Of a stretch of DNA of 64,000 nucleotides, positions 1-12,965 are shown in pieces. A program made the translations under genes and the position numbers. Source of the stretch: Octopus vulgaris (taxonomy: Eukaryota); assembly GCA_951406725.2 (NCBI GenBank), contig OX597820.1, positions 744,001-808,000 on the forward strand. The letters are read 5' to 3'. Each line of letters starts with the position of its first letter. The first letter of the stretch is position 1. The notes beneath the pieces were generated by a model that saw only the letters and a list, made by a program, of their open reading frames with translations, was not told the DNA's origin and ran no database searches.

Positions 1-156
1 AAATAATAATAATAATATCAAAAAAATACCTTAGGAATGAGAACCCAGGGTTGGGTTCAAAATTCCACCAGGACACCTGATGAAGGCTGGAGAGTAGATC
101 AGCTGAAACGTTGTGATAACAACCAAGATGAGGACAAATATCCGTCCAATGTAAAT
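1..156 (+). mobile_element. 3' part of tRNA-headed SINE-like element with hammerhead motif (same family as 36572-37011)
   Basis: Near-identical to the family body: taccttaggaatgagaacccagg...gacacctgatgaaggctgg...gaaacgttgtg...gatgaggacaaatatcc...aatgtaaat. Confidence 0.75.
72..117 (+). ncRNA. Minimal type I hammerhead ribozyme-like motif
   Basis: CAC-CUGAUGA-A-GGCUG...CAGCU-GAAACGUU-GUG; palindromic ACGU in place of helix III; identified by eye. Confidence 0.55.
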
Positions 157-190
157 AAAGTAAACTGTGCATTTTTCTTCTATTTTCCAG

Positions 191-395
191 AGCCTGTCAG
201 TGAATGGCAACAGTGCCATGATGAAAGCACTCAACACTACTATTACTGGAATATCAACAGCAATGAGGTGACTTGGGAAATCCCTCCAGAGTTCACTCAG
301 TACCTCCTCCTTTACAAGGAGTACGAGTTAACCCTCAGCCGCTTAATCAAAGAAGGCAAAACAAAACCAAAGAAGAAAAAGACCAAGTCTAAACG
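191..395 (+). CDS. FNBP4: FNBP4-like exon (first in window) encoding WW domain 1
   Basis: ttttccag acceptor; translates (E)PVSEWQQCHDESTQHYYYWNINSNEVTWEIP = WW motif; donor CG|gtattt, phase 2 matching the next exon. Upstream exons lie outside the window. Confidence 0.85.
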
Positions 396-500
396 GTATT
401 TAATCCTTTGACTTTGTCTTGGACACTCATCCAGGTTTCATCTTTACTAACTTTCTGAAATTCTCTTCAGTGCCACTCCTCAACTGTGATAGCTCTGTAG

Positions 501-725
501 CAGGGCTGTAGAATTGGAGTTGGAAACAATTAAGGGGTAGCTGGAGTCGGAGTTGGTAAAACTATATTGGCTCTGACTCTGACTCACAATGTCTTTATTC
601 TCTTTAATCTAAACCAGTTATAACATACAAGGCCTACTCAGAGTACAAGCGTATGCATACGCTTTGTGAGATATGTAGACTACAACCACTTAATTACATA
701 AAGAGGAGTCAGTCAGAGTCAGGTA
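501..725. mobile_element. Partial hAT-like MITE (family of 23675-23916)
   Basis: Begins CAGGGCTG; body is the reverse complement of 23750-23916 (ggagttggaaacaattaaggggtagctggagtc). Confidence 0.6.
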
Positions 726-1188
726 TATACCTGCAGGTAAAGCCATCTTATTTGCTGTCAGCTTTGCTTCAAATGTTATTCTGTTTACATAGACAATAAA
801 AAAGAAAAAGAACATTTTAAGCTTTTGTTCTTCACTCCAACAACTTCACAACTTTTATGTGCAGAGTTGCCAAGAGCAGAAACTACACTGGCAACGTTGT
901 TTTTCACGTGTCACTGGCACATGTGCTAGTAAGGGAACGCTGGCAACGATTACGCTCAAATGGTGCTTTTTATGTGCCACCGGCATGGGAGCTAGTCAAC
1001 GGCCCTGGCAACGATCACGCTTGGATGGTGCTTTTAACGTTCCACTGGCACGAGTGCCAATCTGGCAGTACTGTCATAGGATATTTTCAATTACTCCAAA
1101 ATCTTTTACAAGCTTAGGCCTCTGTGTCTTAATCTAGTCCTCTGTGTGTGTGTGTGTGTAGCTTATTGTGCATGCTTGCTATTTTCAG

Positions 1189-1870
1189 TGACCTGAAGAA
1201 GAAAAATGGACAAGATAAATCCGAGTCGTCTGCAATAGCGACAGAAGAAAAAACAGTATCAGAAAGTGCAGAGTCATCTGAGCCACAGCCTGATGATGTC
1301 ATTGATAAGAAAGAAAAAATCCTTTCAGAAGAAACATATGTTGAAGCTAAGTTGGTGCAGGAGACTGCCTCCCCTGATGTTACAGAAAACACTCAGTGCT
1401 TGCCAGGGAATTCAGAAAATGTCAACAACGAGGAAACTATGGAATCTGATAGCAAAATTTCTTCAACTGTTAGCTCATCACCAGTGGCTGAAAGTTTGGA
1501 GATGACAACAGATAAATATACAGAAGGTACTGCTTGTGTTGTTGATGGAAACGGTGCTCACATGACGAACAATGCCAACTGTAATAGTAGTACTAGTAGC
1601 AATAGCAGTAACACTGAATCCCTAGCATCCACCGTGAACATATCCGATTTAACAATAGAAATGTGCAAAAAGAAATTCAAAGCTCGAATGCAGAGGGAGG
1701 ACACTACATCCAACAAACAAGAACAGCAAGCCACATTGGAATTGAACCCTGATACTGATATTACCACAGCTAATAACAAAGAAGCATCACTAGGTTCTGA
1801 TTCTGAGCAGAGTAATATTGATATTGATGAGGTTGATCGTGAACTGGAATTGGCGCTAGAGAGGAAAGTG
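1189..1870 (+). CDS. FNBP4: FNBP4-like exon, acidic/Ser-rich, ending ELELALERKV
   Basis: attttcag acceptor, GTG|gtaagt donor; within ORF 1148-1915; LELALERK resembles the conserved FNBP4 segment (from memory of the family); phases 2 to 0. Confidence 0.85.
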
Positions 1871-2046
1871 GTAAGTTGTGGAGATTTTTTTAATGTTTTT
1901 TTCCCCTACCTTTGAAAATCACCTGTGTAAATTACACAGGTGTGCAAATTACATGGATTTTTATGGTATTTATGTGTGTGTGTATATATAGATGGGTTTC
2001 TTTCAGTTTCCATCTACCAAATATACTTATATATATATATATATAA

Positions 2047-3343
2047 GAAAAGTATGATGCTCCACCTCCAAAACACAGCCTCTATCTCTGATTCCCAACA
2101 CGGCTTTGTGCCGAAGAGATCATGCTTGACCAACTTACTGGTAATGGAAGAATTGGTGACGCGCATCCTCGATGATAGTGATGCTGTTGACATCGTTTTA
2201 TTGGACTTTGCCAAAGCTTTTGACTCGGTAAACCACCGCCTATAACTTGTCAAGCTTCAAGCATATAGTTTTCATCCGGATATTGTACGATGGGTTGGTG
2301 CCTTCCTCTCAGATCGCTCCTTCCAAGTCCAAGTTAATGGTTCGCGGTCCGACGTCTCCAGTGCGAGCAGTGGCGTGCCTCAAGGTTCAGTGCTTGGGCC
2401 CTTATTGTTCTTAGTCTTCATAAATGACTTGCCCGACGACCTCACGCAACACACCCTTCTATTTGCCGACGATGTCAAACTGGTCGCTCCTCGCGGTGAT
2501 ATAGAGGATCTTCGTCGATGCCTCCACCAAATTTGGAGATGGTCTAACGAATGGGACCAGTGTCTGAACGTGTCAAAGTGCTGTCATCTGCCTGTTGGCT
2601 CTCCTCCTGCAACTCAACTTGATTTCGAGCTGGGTCGTCTGCTGCTGGGGAGGACCAATCAGGTAAAGGACCTGGGTATCTTGGTGGATTCCTCCTTTTC
2701 GCTTTCGGCCCAGTGCGTCCATGCTGCCAACAAAGCACGCGGAATTCTGTTCTTGATTCGACGGTCATTCGGAATGCTCACAGCAGCCATATTCCTACCA
2801 CTCTGTCATCCTGGTGAGACCCATTTTGGAGTACAGGATTCAAGCCTCTTCTCCTTATCTCCTCAAAGACATACAGCATCTCGAAAGAGTCCAGAAGCTG
2901 GCTACCCGCATGGTTCTTGGTCTCAAGAATTTGTCTTATGAAGAAAGGCTGAAGACGCTCGACCTTTATTCTCTAGAAAAATGACGACGCCGTGGTGATC
3001 TCATTCTTGCTCACAACATCATAAGCGGAAAGTGTAACCTCTTGAAAGAGCTATTCTTCACTCCTGCTCCAGAGCGTTGGCTGCAGGGTCACTCCGAAAA
3101 GCTCTATCTGCGACGATTTCGTCTCAATCAAAGGAGAGGGGCTTTCTCCGTCCGGGTTGCGGATCCGTGGAATAAGCTGCCGGACAAGATGGTGAAGATG
3201 CTGACGACCGCTCGGTTCAAAGTCTCCCTTGACCACAAGTGGCCTGAACTCTTTACATGAACACCACCCTGTACATAACTCCATGTCCCCCTACATGGCC
3301 TTGCTTTTTGCTTTTTGAGCCAAAAAATTAACTAACTAACTAA
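2047..3343 (+). mobile_element. 5'-truncated, degenerate CR1-group LINE (RT C-terminal half + 3' tail)
   Basis: QHGFVPKRSCLTNLL, LDFAKAFDSVNH, PQGSVLGPLLFLVFINDL, LFADDVKL motifs with stops/frameshifts; (CTAA)n tail; begins right after a (TA)n tract. Confidence 0.9.
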
Positions 3344-4572
3344 CATACTCACGAGGCTTTGGTCAGCCCAGAGTGATAGCAGAAGACACTTTCTCACAAT
3401 GCCATGCAGTGGGACTGAACCCTAGACCATATGGTTGGGAAGGAAGCTTCTTAATGATTGCCACAAACAAGATCAATCCCTATTTCAGCAGTTTTTGTTT
3501 TTGTTTTATCCAAAACAAGTGTGGACATGTTTAAGAAATTTGCTTCTTAACTGTATGGTCTCAGGTTCAGTCCCATTGCACATTTTGGGCTGGTGTCTTC
3601 TTCTATAGCCATGAGCTGACTAAATCCTTGTGAAGGGAAACTGAAAGAAGCCTGTCTCATAAACACACACACATATGTGTGTGTATTTGTGGCTTCTCAT
3701 TTTGGCATTGTGTGTCACGTGAGGTTGTGAAAGTAACTTTCAAGACAAGAAAAGGCAAAAGCTCCCTTGATTAGCAAGGGGTGAAGATGGCTTTGTGCTG
3801 GGTGTTGAGGGGTTAAAGTGCAATAGAGGAACAAGCACAGGTGTGTTGTTATTATATTCAAAGGCAAACAAAGTCAACCTCGGCGACATCTGAATTCTGA
3901 ACAGAAAACCTGAAGAAATACTGCTAAGAATTTTGTTCAATATGCTCCCTATCCTGCCAGCTTATGATCCCTTTATGTTGAAATGGTCATTGAGTGCTGA
4001 AATAAGTAGTGGAAGCAATATAATGTACTGAAATTCCTTGAATGTCAGTCATGTCCCTACATGGCTCACTTATATCACTTTCTTGCCCCCCCCCTCCTCT
4101 CAACACCGCCCTTACTTCTAAAATGCGAATAGTCATGTAACTCCTCTTCAGCAATTAACCTGTTCTTCTCTGGTCCTTTTCTTGCACTTAACCCAACTCC
4201 CTATTCTCCTACTATAAACTCCCCCTCTCCACTCGGGCTTTGTAGTCTTGCAAGCTGCATTGCAATCTCACTAGTGTTGTTTGCATGAAAAAGGTACCCA
4301 ATACACACTGTAAAGTTGTTGGTGTTGGGAAGGGGGTCCAGCCCTAGAAAACATCCCAAACAAATACGGGAGTCTGATGTAGTTCTTTGATCCTGTGAAA
4401 CTGTCCAGCCCATGCCAGCATGGAGCATGGTGGGGAATGTATTCCTCTAAACAGTTTCCATTAAATAACTCTGAGATTTTGTTTTAATAAGTTTTTTTCT
4501 ATAATTTCTGAGTTTTTAAAAGTTATTATTCCATATTTAAAAAATCTAACTGTATGAAAAATTTCTTACTAG

Positions 4573-4771
4573 AATGAGTTGAGGCGGTTGGAAGAAGAAG
4601 AGAAACAATGTGAGGTATCTGATCGGCACCACATGAAAAGAAAACACAAGGAATCAGACAGTGGAAGAACAGTGAGCAGGAACAGTTCTGATGAAGATTA
4701 TTGTATGTCAAAACCTCCCAAGAAAAGTAAAACTCATAAACATGCATCGAAAAGAACAAAAGAAAAGAAAG
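4573..4771 (+). CDS. FNBP4: FNBP4-like exon (NELRRLEEEEK...)
   Basis: cttactag acceptor, G|gtaggt donor; continues ERKV-NELRRLEE like FNBP4 ERKKAELRALEE; phases 0 to 1. Confidence 0.82.
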
Positions 4772-5409
4772 GTAGGTGCCATATTTGGTTTATTGTATTC
4801 TTTTATTAAAAATGGTTTTGTTTCTTTTATACCAGCTTATATATGATATGTCGACATGTTTTGATTCAGGTTCAATGTTTGCTTGGACTGCAAAGCTTAC
4901 AGATGACCTGCTGAATTGAAATCTTTATGTTGCTTTGAGAGGAAGGTAAAACTGGATATCTTTACATCAAATCACAGAGCTATACCAGTCATTGTTGTGG
5001 GATATGCAAAATTAAGACTGTGTGTGTAGGCGCTTAGTTTAGTGGTTAGGGTGTTGTGTTTGTGATGACAACATTGTGATTTGGATTCATAGACTGAGAG
5101 TGCATTGTGTTGTTGAGCAGAACATTTCATTTCATGTTGCTCCAGTCCACTCAGCTGTGAATGGCTAACCTTGTGACAGGCTGGCATTCCATTCAGAGGG
5201 AATGTTGGCCTGCCTGCTTAGGCAGCAGTGTGGCATCTTTCGAAAGCTACAACAATGCAAAGAAGTGCACTGTGACGAGCAGCATACAACAACATCCAAT
5301 GGTCTGAATCAATATACTGTGATATATATTATATGTATGTATATATATATATATATATACTAGCTGAAGGTGACCCGCTCTACGCGCGGGTAAGAGTGTG
5401 GGTGTTACT

Positions 5410-5738
5410 TTCTGTTGCTTCCTTTCAGCACATAAAAAGCACCATCCGAACGTGGCCGATTGCAGCACCGCCTTGACTTGCTTCTGTGCCGGTAGCACGT
5501 ACAAAGCACCAACCGATCGTTGCCACTGCAAGCCCCCCTGGCACCAGTGCCGGCGGCACGCAAAAAGCACTCACTGCACTCACAGAGTAGTTGGCGTTAG
5601 GAAGGTCATCCACCTGTAGAAACACTGCCAGATCAGACTGGAGCCTGGTGCAGCCTCCTGGCTTCCGAGACCCTGGTCACACTGCCCAACCCGTGCTAGC
5701 ATGGAAAACGGACGTTAAACGATGATGATGATGATGAT
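5410..5738 (+). mobile_element. RTE-type 3' end / RTE-tailed short repeat
   Basis: gttggcgttaggaagg...gctagcatggaaaacggacgttaaac(gat)n tail, shared with the RTE fragment at 47757-48545. Confidence 0.7.
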
Positions 5739-6566
5739 TCTCCGTATTTGTTTCTCTCTCCTTTCTCTCTCACTTTCCCACTCTCTTACTTTTCTTTTCT
5801 CTCGGACTCTCCCTCGCTTTCTCTTACTCTCTATCTTTATCTATCTCTCTCCCATTTATAAACAACAGAAGATCTTGAGTAAGTTGAGAAATAAAATATT
5901 TAGAAAGATCAATCAGAAATATGAGGCAGTGGCAATGGAAAGGTCTGCTTCAAGGCAGACAGCAAAACACTAACATTTAAAAGGGACAGACGAACTTGCG
6001 AGCTGAATAAAAATAATAAAATATTGGAAACCAAAGTTTGAAGGGATAGAATCTGAGGATAGTAGAGTCACCATGGCTGGCATTTGTTAACGACGGACAG
6101 CAACGTAGTGACAGTTTAACGGCTGGCGTAAAATTTTGAACTTGATGTAAAAGAAAATTCGTAAACACCAAGTTTTGAAGTGATTCTTTCTCACGACAGT
6201 AGACTCACCATGGCAAGCATTCAAAACTTCTTTATCATGGACGGCAACACATTGACGATTAAAAGGCTGGCGCAAATTTTTTAGCTTGGAATTTTAACAG
6301 AATTCCTAAACACCCGCTCCTTGAAATTTTAATCCCCTTCCAGCCCCATTTAGACCCCTTTTCACATTTTGGTTAATATAACCCGATTTCATTCGGGTCT
6401 ACTGGGGCCACATTTTATAAGATGAGGAATTTTGTCCTAGAGGTGACGCCTTTCATTTGAGGAACAAAATAGTTGTCATGCAAACTTGTCAGCACCTTTA
6501 ACATAGGTGTGCATATTTTCAGCTGAATCGACCGACTACGTAATGCACACATTTTATATATATGTG

Positions 6567-6602
<36 letters not shown>

Positions 6603-6745
6603 CACGCATTATATATACAAATGTATACAAATGAGATATATATCTGTATAAATTAAATTAGAGATAAAACCACTAATAGGCAAATCAAACAGTGAAAAAC
6701 CAAAAACAAAAACATAAAAAAAGAAAATATAACATAGAAAATATA

Positions 6746-7653
6746 TCTATATATATAAAACTGTAGTTGTGTGAGTGTCTGTCCCCTTCGATTTAGATTC
6801 CTAACTACTCCCACATTTTGCGGTGCAGTTTAACCAAATTCGGGTATCTTATAGTCGTGATTCATATCGAGCCCATCTGGGTATTAGCGCGCGTCTACGA
6901 TTTTAAAAATAATTTAACATCATTTTTATTCCAATTTAATGCATATTTTTTCGTGTGTCGATGGCGGCGGAGTTGGCGTCCACGCTCACGCCTGCACCTG
7001 TGTTGCTTCTCCCCCTTCTTCCCTCCCTCGTGAAGCTGTGGGGAAGGGAGTGTAAGGAAATCAACGTCGTAATGGGTTGTGAAGGAGACCAGCGCTCTTT
7101 TAGAACAACGACTTCATGGGTTGAAGTCGCCAAAACAGAAATCGCTAAAAAAGCTGAAACAGATCCACAAAAACGGCAAAAACCGCCACACAGGGCAGGT
7201 TTCCTCGTGCAAACAATTTGCACAACCGAATGTTTTAGTTGTTGCACAAATCTTTATATATAAAAGTAAGGTTGTGTGTCTGTCTGTCTCCTACGATTTA
7301 GATTCCTAACTACTCCCACATTTTGCGGTGCAGTGTAACCAAAACCGGGTATCTTATAGTCGTGATTCATATCGAGCCCTTCTGGGTATTAGTGCGCGTC
7401 TACGATGAGTCTACGATTTAAAAAAAAATTTACCATAATTTTTTATTCCATTTTAATGCATTTTTTGCTATTATATAAGGGAGGTAACTCTCTAAAAATG
7501 TCTACGATGAGTCAACGATTTAAAAAAAAAATTACTATCATTTTTTATTCCATTTTTAATGCATTTTTTGCTATTCTTTTGCTATAACTCACTAAAAATG
7601 CTTATATAGTTATTTCCCTTACAAACCCAAGCAACGCCGGGCGATACTGCTAG
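6746..7653 (+). mobile_element. Non-autonomous Helitron with duplicated 5' segment
   Basis: A|TC start, GCAACGCCGGGCGATACTGC hairpin-like motif then CTAG|T end (insertion in AT); the ~150-bp 5' segment recurs at about 7250-7420. Confidence 0.75.
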
Positions 7654-7789
7654 TAAAATATAAAATTGAAAACTTTAAATTATTTAAATTGAAAATAAAA
7701 ATTATTAAATTATATTTATGATTTGTTTAAAAATATATATAACTATGAAAAAGTTTAATATACATAAATACAGATATATACACTTTGTA

Positions 7790-8035
7790 TATATACATTA
7801 TATATACATATTTATATATAGAACACACACACACACACATACATTATATATACATATTTATATATAGAACACACACACACACACATACATTATATATACA
7901 TATTTATATATAAAACTCACACACACATACATTATATATACATATTTATATATAGAACACACACACACACACACATACATTATATATACATATTTATATA
8001 TAGAACAGACACACACACACACACACACACATATA
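7790..8035. repeat. ~40-bp compound TA/CA minisatellite
   Basis: Repeated catacattatatatacatatttatatatagaac(ac)n units. Confidence 0.8.
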
Positions 8036-8463
8036 AATGAACGCAAGAATATCTGATTCATAATATTTGTTCTCATGCTCGTGTGTTGTTTGTTGGTGAT
8101 AGACATATACTTAAAAGAACGCCGCCGAAGTGATAGGAAGGTAGGAAACAGAGTCAGTGAAAAAGAAAGGAAATAGCGATAGTGACAGATACTTTAAATA
8201 ACCGTAGTGGACTTCTGAAAGTTATGAAGAAGAGTAAGAGAGGGAAAGGAGGAAATAGGGTGAGTGAGGAAGATGGCCCCTAGCAACCACACCTTTTAAG
8301 ATAGGGATTTCTAAGGTAGCCCACGCGCATCGTCACCTCATTCTACATGTCCCTGTAAATTTTGGAGCGAATCGGACGGGATGTAGTGGCATTGAAAGCG
8401 ATCCAAGCGGTAAAAACGCAATTCAGTTTTATATATAGAGATATATATATATATATATGTGTT

Positions 8464-9040
8464 CATCATCATCATTTAACACCTGTTCTCCATGCTGGCA
8501 TGGGTTGGACAGCTTGACAAGAGCTGTCTGGTCTCCATTTGTGACTTTTGGCATGGTTTCTACAGCTGGATGCTCTTCCTAATGCCAACTACTGGATGCT
8601 TTATATGGTAGCAGCATGGGCATGTTTATGTGGCACCAGAACCCACAAGCCCACGTGACTAGGGTCTCTTGCTTGAGAGAAGAATGTAGAGGACCTGTTT
8701 GTATCCATGGACAACCACTATTTTACTTAGCTTATATTATTATATATATATATATATCTGAATGTGGCTAATGCCCGTGCCCCCTGACTTGCTCCTGTGC
8801 TGGTGGCACGTAAAAAGCACTGTACGAACATGATCGATGCCAGGCCCACCTGACTGGCTCCTGTGCCAGTGACACATAAAAAGCATCCATTACATTCTTG
8901 GAGTGGTTGGTGTTAGGAAGGGCATCCAGCTGTAGAAACATTGCCAGATCAGATTGGAGCCTGATGCAGTTGCTGGCTCTCTAGACCTCAGTCAAACCGT
9001 CCAACCCATGCCAGCATGGAAAACACATTAAGTGATGATA
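8464..9040. mobile_element. Inverted pair of RTE-type 3'-end repeats
   Basis: Minus copy starting (cat)n ttaacacc...catgctggcatgggttggac and plus copy ending ccaacccatgccagcatggaaaa. Confidence 0.65.
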
Positions 9041-9738
9041 ATGATATATAAATAAATAAACTCACCTGTGCTAGTGTCACATAAAAAGCACTAAGTGGTT
9101 GGTGTTTGGAAGGGCATCCAGCCGTAAAATCTCTGCCAAAACAGACACAGTAGACTAGAGTAGTTTTGCTATCTGGCCAGCTCCTGTCAACTGTCCTACC
9201 CATGTATGCATGGAAGATGGACATTAAACAATGATTATATATATATAAATATATATATGGGCAGATATGCACATCACAGCAGTTTTGGAGAGGCAAACAT
9301 GATGTACACTAGCAGGAACCAACTAGCTGTAGGGTCATGTTTCTGCTAGTCCTTATAATGTCAGTTACTCAATTGTGAAGTCAGATGATTATCAATGTGA
9401 TAATTAAACTGGTTTTGGGGGAAAGTAATGTGCTTTGTGTATATAAAAATTATACAATATGTTTCTAAGAAATTTTAAAGCCGGTGCCTGCAGATCAAAA
9501 GGCATTTTAATCACATACTTGTCTCATTTTGTTAAATTAATGGTCTATGGTGGTAATGTGCTAAATTGATGTATAGTAATGATGAAGTAATATTTAAATT
9601 GTTAAAGGGTAAAATTTTTTTAAAATGCTTTTCTGGGATATGAAGACAGACCTCATGAGTGAATGACTTCAACTGTTGTAACTTAGGGTTCCTGTTTTGG
9701 TTGTCCAATTCTAAAACTTTCCATTTCCTTCACTCCAG

Positions 9739-9834
9739 AAAGTTCCAGTTCTAAAAGGTCTGAAAGCAGTAAGAAGCGATCTTCCCACAAAGATCATCAG
9801 TCGAAAAAGGAATCTCGATCAAAGTCAAGCAAAA
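9739..9834 (+). CDS. FNBP4: FNBP4-like small Ser/Lys-rich exon
   Basis: ccttcactccag acceptor, A|gtcagt donor; 96 nt, phase 1 to 1, open (E)SSSSKRSESSKKRSSHKDHQSKKESRSKSSK. Confidence 0.7.
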
Positions 9835-10797
9835 GTCAGTGGTCATTTATTTAATTAATTAATTTTATTGTTTTATAAAGCTAAATCATTTTGTATGAGT
9901 TTTCATAGAAACATAGGTGTGGGTGGTTTGGACAAAACAGATCCTCATCATTTAACCTGTGTCTTCCAGGCTGGCATGGGTTGGATGACTTGACAGGGTT
10001 TAGCATGCTGCAAAGCTGTGTCAGGCCCCAATGTCAGCTTTGGTGTGGTTTCTATGACTGGGTACCCTTCTTAATACTATCCATTTTCCAGAGTGCACTT
10101 GGTGCTGTTTACATTTGTCCTAACACAAATGAGGTTACTGAGTAGCTCCCAAGACAAGACCCCACCCCCTCAGCTGAGGATGGGCTGAAAGTATTGAGGG
10201 ATGTTGCTTGTTGCCTGGTGATGAGAAGTGTACAGATATCTTGTTGAGGAGAGATACATGGTTACTCCAATTGGGAAAGAGAGAAGGTAGTGAAGATGTG
10301 AAATAAGAGAGATGCACAGGGCTCGGGTGGAAACAGGGGGAGATGGGGTAAGAGCTGCCATCTGCAAAATGTAGGGTTGTACAAGGGAGGAGGAGGTGAA
10401 AGGGACATTCAGTGGAAAATAAGGGATGAAGTAATATGCTTTGCTCAAGACTGAAATATAAGACTTCTGGTATAATTTGAACTCATGACCTCAAATGCCA
10501 GTAGTGTCTTTAGTAGTAATTATATTAACTTAATCCTTAATCCACTTTAATGTGAAAAATTTTAGGTTGTTTGCTGTGAGGTTAAAATGCTTATTCATTT
10601 GATCGTGTACATAAGAGCAGGTTTTTCTGCTATTATGTTGAGCTCCAGTTGTGCTATTCCCTTTTTCATAGCAAAAATATTCATGGATAAAACAAAGCCA
10701 AAAAAATAATAATAAATTTTCATTTGGTTTAAGAAACGATTAGTTTTAAACTTTTGTGTTATTTTCTGCATTCCTCTAACTTTTGGTTTTATTCCAG

Positions 10798-10862
10798 GTT
10801 TAAATTACAAGAGTCATTCAGAAGAATCTTCAAAGAGTCAGGAGAGCAATGAAAAGCTAAAG
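10798..10862 (+). CDS. FNBP4: FNBP4-like small exon
   Basis: ctctaac branch-like motif, ttttattccag acceptor, AAG|gtaaga donor; phase 1 to 0; (S)LNYKSHSEESSKSQESNEKLK. Confidence 0.75.
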
Positions 10863-11282
10863 GTAAGAATTTCTCCATAAAAATAAAGAATTTGTTTAGA
10901 TGAGATTATACTGTACTTTAATTTGTGAATTAGTTGTCGTTGCTTAGTCCAGGTTCACTGTGATCAGGCAGACATGTGTGTTATGTCTGTAGATGTCAGT
11001 GTGTGCAGAGATTCCTTCAAGCCCCTGGTGCTTTACGTGTATGTTTGTGATTTTTGTCTGGCCCTGACACTTTTGAGATTTTAGATTTTCATATTACATC
11101 TTGGTGTACCTGATGGAAGGAAGAGATCAAAATGACAATCTAAATCAGTGCTTCTCAACCAGGGTACATATTACCCTTAAGGGTCGATATAAGATTTTAT
11201 TTTTTAAATTTGTGAAACAAATTGCTTATACTTCTGCAGTACACAAAATATTTTAACAATGTTTTTATACAATTCTTATTAA

Positions 11283-12037
11283 TCATCATCATCATCATCA
11301 TCGTTTAATGTCCGCTTTCCATGCTAGCATGGGTTGGACGATTTGACTGAGGGCTGGCGAACCAGATGGCTGCACCAGGCTCCAATCTTGATCTGGCAGA
11401 GTTTTTACGTGCTACCAGTCAGGCGGTACTGGCAATGACCCCACTTGAATCTTTTTACACATCCCACCGGCACAGGTGCCAGTAAGGCGACGCTGGTAAC
11501 GATACAAATATGGCTGACTGGCCCTCATGCAGGTGGCACGTTAAAAGCACCATTCGAGCACAGTCATTGTCAGCACCAGCTGACTGATCCCATGCCAGTG
11601 GCACATAAAAATCACCATTCAAGCGTGATCGATGCCAGTACTGCCTGACTGGCCCTCGTGTCAGTGGCACGTAAAAAGCACCATTCAAGTGTGATCGATG
11701 CCAGTACTGCCTGACTGGCCCTCGTGTCAGTGGCACGTAAAAAGCTCCATTCAAGTGTAGTCAATGCCAGTACTGCCTGACTGGCTCCCGTGCCGGTGAC
11801 ATGTAAAACACACCATTCAAGCATGGTCGATGCCAGTACCACCTGACTGGCCCTTGTGCTGGTGGCACATATATAGCACCCACTACACTCATGGAGTGGT
11901 TGGCATTAGAAAGGGCATCCAGCTGTAGAAACTTTGTCAGATCAGATTGGAGCCTGGTACAGCCGTCTGGCTTGCCAGTCCTCAATCAAACCGTCCAACC
12001 CATGCCAACATGGAAAGCAGACATTAAATGATGATGA
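11283..12037. mobile_element. Head-to-head RTE-type 3' ends with ~62-bp tandem units, inserted in a hAT-like MITE (about 11147-12128)
   Basis: (cat)n tail at left, (gat)n tail at right; about 6 units gatgccagtactgcctgactggccctcgtgtcagtggcacgtaaaaagcaccattcaag; host MITE begins cagtgcttctcaacc. Confidence 0.7.
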
Positions 12038-12619
12038 GTAGGATTTTTCTTATATATATTGAATGGCTAAGGGAATCCACTTGAATAAAATCAGAATCAA
12101 AGGGGTCCATAATCAAAAAATGGTTGATCTACATAAAAAGCAAATGTCTTTTTATGATTGAGTTCTTTTTCCGTGTTGTTTTTAGCTGCTGATTTTTGAG
12201 AAGTGTCTGATAAGGATGATTGCTTGGTGTTGCAGCATGGGGGGTGTATTGAGGCTGAGATTGTGACCTGTATCTTTGTTTAGTTGTGATGAAAATTAGA
12301 AGATTATCCAAGAAATGTTGGGGTTGTTGCTTAGATGGTTGTGGTAGATGGTTGGGGTGCAGAAGGTGGAGTTTAGAGGAAGATTTCTTGTAGTTGGAGT
12401 ACGTGTGTGTGTGTTGATGTAGATTGTTTAGGATGTAAAAGGCCTTAAGTTGTGATCATGTTGTCTTCTTTGTTGCCTACATTATTTCAAAACCAGGTGC
12501 AGAGTGCATTGAAAGTCTCCCTCACATAGGCTGTTTATGAGTGTTCAGCTTTTGTAGTTGAGGTGTGTCACCTTATGGAATGGCTAGTAACATCAGTGAT
12601 GGTGTATATATTCTTTTTC

Positions 12620-12960
12620 TCTTTATATTTGTCATTTGACTGCAGTCATGCTGGAGCACCACCTTTAGTTGAACAAACCAACCCCAGTAATTATTCTTTG
12701 TATGCCTAGTACTTATTCTGTTGGTCTCTTTTGTCAAACCGCTAAGTTACGGGGATGTAAACACACCAGCATTGGTTGTCAAGTGATGGTGGTGGGGACA
12801 CACACATGCTGGGCTTCTTTCAGTTTCCATCTACCAAATCCACTCACAAGGCTTTGGTCAGCCTAAGGCTATAGTAGAAGACACTTGCCCAAGGTGCCAT
12901 GCAATGGCACTGAACACAGAACCATGTGGCCGGCAAGCAAGTTACTTACCACACAGCCAT
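12620..12960 (-). mobile_element. tRNA-derived SINE (family of 44672-45045)
   Basis: Reverse complement of the head tggctgtgtggtaag...ggcaccttgggcaagtgtcttctactatagcc and the tail ggtgctccagcatg...aaatgac. Confidence 0.7.
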
Positions 12961-12965
12961 ATGTG

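Larger units (their letters stand above)
5360..8440 (-). mobile_element. Non-autonomous Helitron-like element containing nested insertions
   Basis: Minus-strand 3' end ACCCGC-gcgtaga-GCGGGT hairpin then CTAG (5360-5393); minus-strand 5' end TCTATATATAAAA near 8438. Pairing of the two ends is inferred. Confidence 0.55.

Noticed and set aside
37-190. N-terminal part of ORF 37-411 as coding
   Set aside because: It is repeat-derived intron sequence upstream of the acceptor at 190
11510-11880. ~62-bp repeat array as CRISPR or a coding repeat
   Set aside because: The units are contiguous diverged copies of an RTE 3'-UTR module with no spacers
12130-12600. GT-rich stretch as a decayed retroelement coding region
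   Set aside because: No diagnostic motif could be read with confidence
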